64,000 nucleotides of DNA from an uncultured Trueperaceae bacterium (GTDB lineage: Bacteria; Deinococcota; Deinococci; Deinococcales; Trueperaceae), in the NCBI GenBank assembly GCA_963815215.1, contig CAWFFU010000011.1, positions 448,001 to 512,000 of the forward strand, read 5' to 3'. Position 1 is the first letter of the stretch, and the number at the start of each line of letters is the position of its first letter. A program made the position numbers and the translations under genes. This document shows, piece after piece, positions 62,602-64,000 of the stretch. The notes beneath the pieces are model-generated. The model saw only the letters and a list, made by a program, of their open reading frames with translations. It ran no database searches and was not told the DNA's origin.

Positions 62602-62855
62602 GCACCTCCCCGAGGCCGAGCAGGCCCTGAGCGCCGCCCACGCCTTGCGTGGGCGGCGCGTTCCGTTGCACTGGGTGGGGTTCGCCGCGCCGAGCGTCCT
62701 TCCCGCCGCCCTACCCGGCACCTCGCACAGCACGCACCGGAGCGCCAGCACGAGCGTCTCCGACAGGACATTCGCACCTTCCCCAGGTCGGACCGGGCGG
62801 CGATACTGGACTCGCCGTCGGGTGTAGCGCCGTCGGCGACCGCGAGGAGGCGGCG

Positions 62856-63320
62856 ATGGAGTTCAGGCGCATCCTGGTACCGGTCGATGGGAGTCCCTGC
62901 AGCGACCGCGCGGTGCAAGAGGCGATCGCGCTCGGGCGCGTGTTCGGCAGCAACCTCACGTTCCTCTCCGTCGTCGATAACCCTTTGCGGGGCCTCTACG
63001 GCTACTCGGAGGGGATCGGCTACTACGGGGATGTGTTCGAAGCCCTAGAGCGCACTTCCGCCGCCGCGCTGGAGCGGGGCGCAACCGCCGCCCATGCCGC
63101 GGGCCTCGAGGCCCAGACGCGACTGGTGCGGGAACGACCCCCCGTCGACGCGATCCTCGAGGCCGAGCCGGACTGCGATCTCACGGTGCTCGGAACCCAC
63201 GGGCGCCATGGGGTCGACCGCGTATTCCTCGGCTCCGTGACCGAAGGTGTGCTGCGCCGTTCGCGGAAGCCCCATCTCGTCGTGCGCTGCGGTGGAGAGC
63301 GAGAACGAGCCCAGGACTGA
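62856..63320 (+). CDS. Universal stress protein
   Basis: ILVPVDGS, GTHGRHG, GSVTE. Confidence 0.92.
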   Translation: MEFRRILVPVDGSPCSDRAVQEAIALGRVFGSNLTFLSVVDNPLRGLYGYSEGIGYYGDVFEALERTSAAALERGATAAHAAGLEAQTRLVRERPPVDAILEAEPDCDLTVLGTHGRHGVDRVFLGSVTEGVLRRSRKPHLVVRCGGERERAQD

Positions 63321-63344
63321 ACCGTTGCCAAGGAGGTCGATGGC

Positions 63345-64000
63345 ATGATCGGCACGGATAGGATTCGCGCGCTCCAAACGGAAGTCGCCACTCACTCGGC
63401 CCCCATCCTCTCGCTCTACCTGGACGTCAACCCTGCGCGGCCGGAGAACGCTCGCAAAGCCTACGCTCTGAGGGCGCGCGCCGCCATGGATCGGCTCGGC
63501 CTCGACAAACGCTACACCCGGGAGATCGTCGCCAGGCTGCGCCAGGACCACGGCATGCCCGATGCCCGCACGCTGGTGGTGTTCGCCGGCGACGAGCCAG
63601 GGGAGTTCTTCGAGAGCTACGCCATCCGACCCGAGATCGCGCTCGTCGAGGCGAACGAAGGGGTGGTGGCGCGCTGGGGCGAGCCCTACGTGGCCCCACT
63701 GCTGCTGACCGTGCAGGAGAAACGTCGCTACCTGACGCTGCTGTTGGCGACCGACCGCGTACGCCTGTTCGAGCTCTACCTCGACGAGGTCGTCGAGCTC
63801 GACGCCTTGGTGCAGCCGCTCGACGACAGCGACTGGCGACCGCTGCGCGAGCATTCCACCGGCGCGCCCGGCGTGCCGGCTCGCGGGGGATCTGGCAAGG
63901 ACCTCTACGACAAACGGGTCGCCGACTGGCGTAGGCGCTTCCATCTCGAGGCAGCACGCCACCTCGAGCGTACGGTCGAGGCGCTCGGCGGCGGCACCCG
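63345..64000 (+). CDS. Bacterial aeRF1-like (baeRF/Balon-like) protein, 3'-truncated by window; absent from ORF track
   Basis: SD AAGGAGG; manual translation MIGTDRIRAL..PILSLYLDVNPARPEN..WGEPYVAPL..DRVRLFE, open to the window end. Confidence 0.75.
   Translation, partial: MIGTDRIRALQTEVATHSAPILSLYLDVNPARPENARKAYALRARAAMDRLGLDKRYTREIVARLRQDHGMPDARTLVVFAGDEPGEFFESYAIRPEIALVEANEGVVARWGEPYVAPLLLTVQEKRRYLTLLLATDRVRLFELYLDEVVELDALVQPLDDSDWRPLREHSTGAPGVPARGGSGKDLYDKRVADWRRRFHLEAARHLERTVEALGGGT

Overview
High-GC bacterial chromosomal window, very probably Deinococcota (Trueperaceae/Thermus-like). This is inferred from the fbcCXFB-type bc complex, Thermus-type PsrABC, paired TolC genes and TANNNT-N6-ATG leaderless starts. 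No rRNA, tRNA, CRISPR or intact IS was seen. Left half: a sugar ABC transporter operon with two phosphotriesterase-like lactonases, BtpA and PfkB (two apparent -1 frameshifts); an OmpR/HK pair with MacAB and two TolC; TetR plus hydrolase; gene remnants; an uncharacterised three-gene operon (TelA-like, DUF6384-like, coiled-coil); fasciclin, Fpg/Nei, ppsR/ppsA and msrA. Right half: a hypoxia/dormancy-flavoured region with the fbcCXFB bc complex, a NarL-type two-component system, four USPs, a LysW-like protein lacking EDWGE, HemG-like flavodoxin, CMD, exported rhodanese, psrDABC divergent from a complete hydrogenase maturation operon (no hydrogenase structural genes in the window), pgm, K+-independent H+-PPase, 7Fe ferredoxin and an aeRF1-like (Balon-like) gene missed by the ORF track. 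Most notable unexplained signals: a ~185-nt promoter-to-terminator structured RNA at 61841-62025 (6S/Ms1-like candidate), two C/U-rich anti-SD sRNA candidates, DosR-like GGAC-N4-GTCC boxes, and the three-gene operon. All family assignments come from motif recognition by eye; no database search was run.
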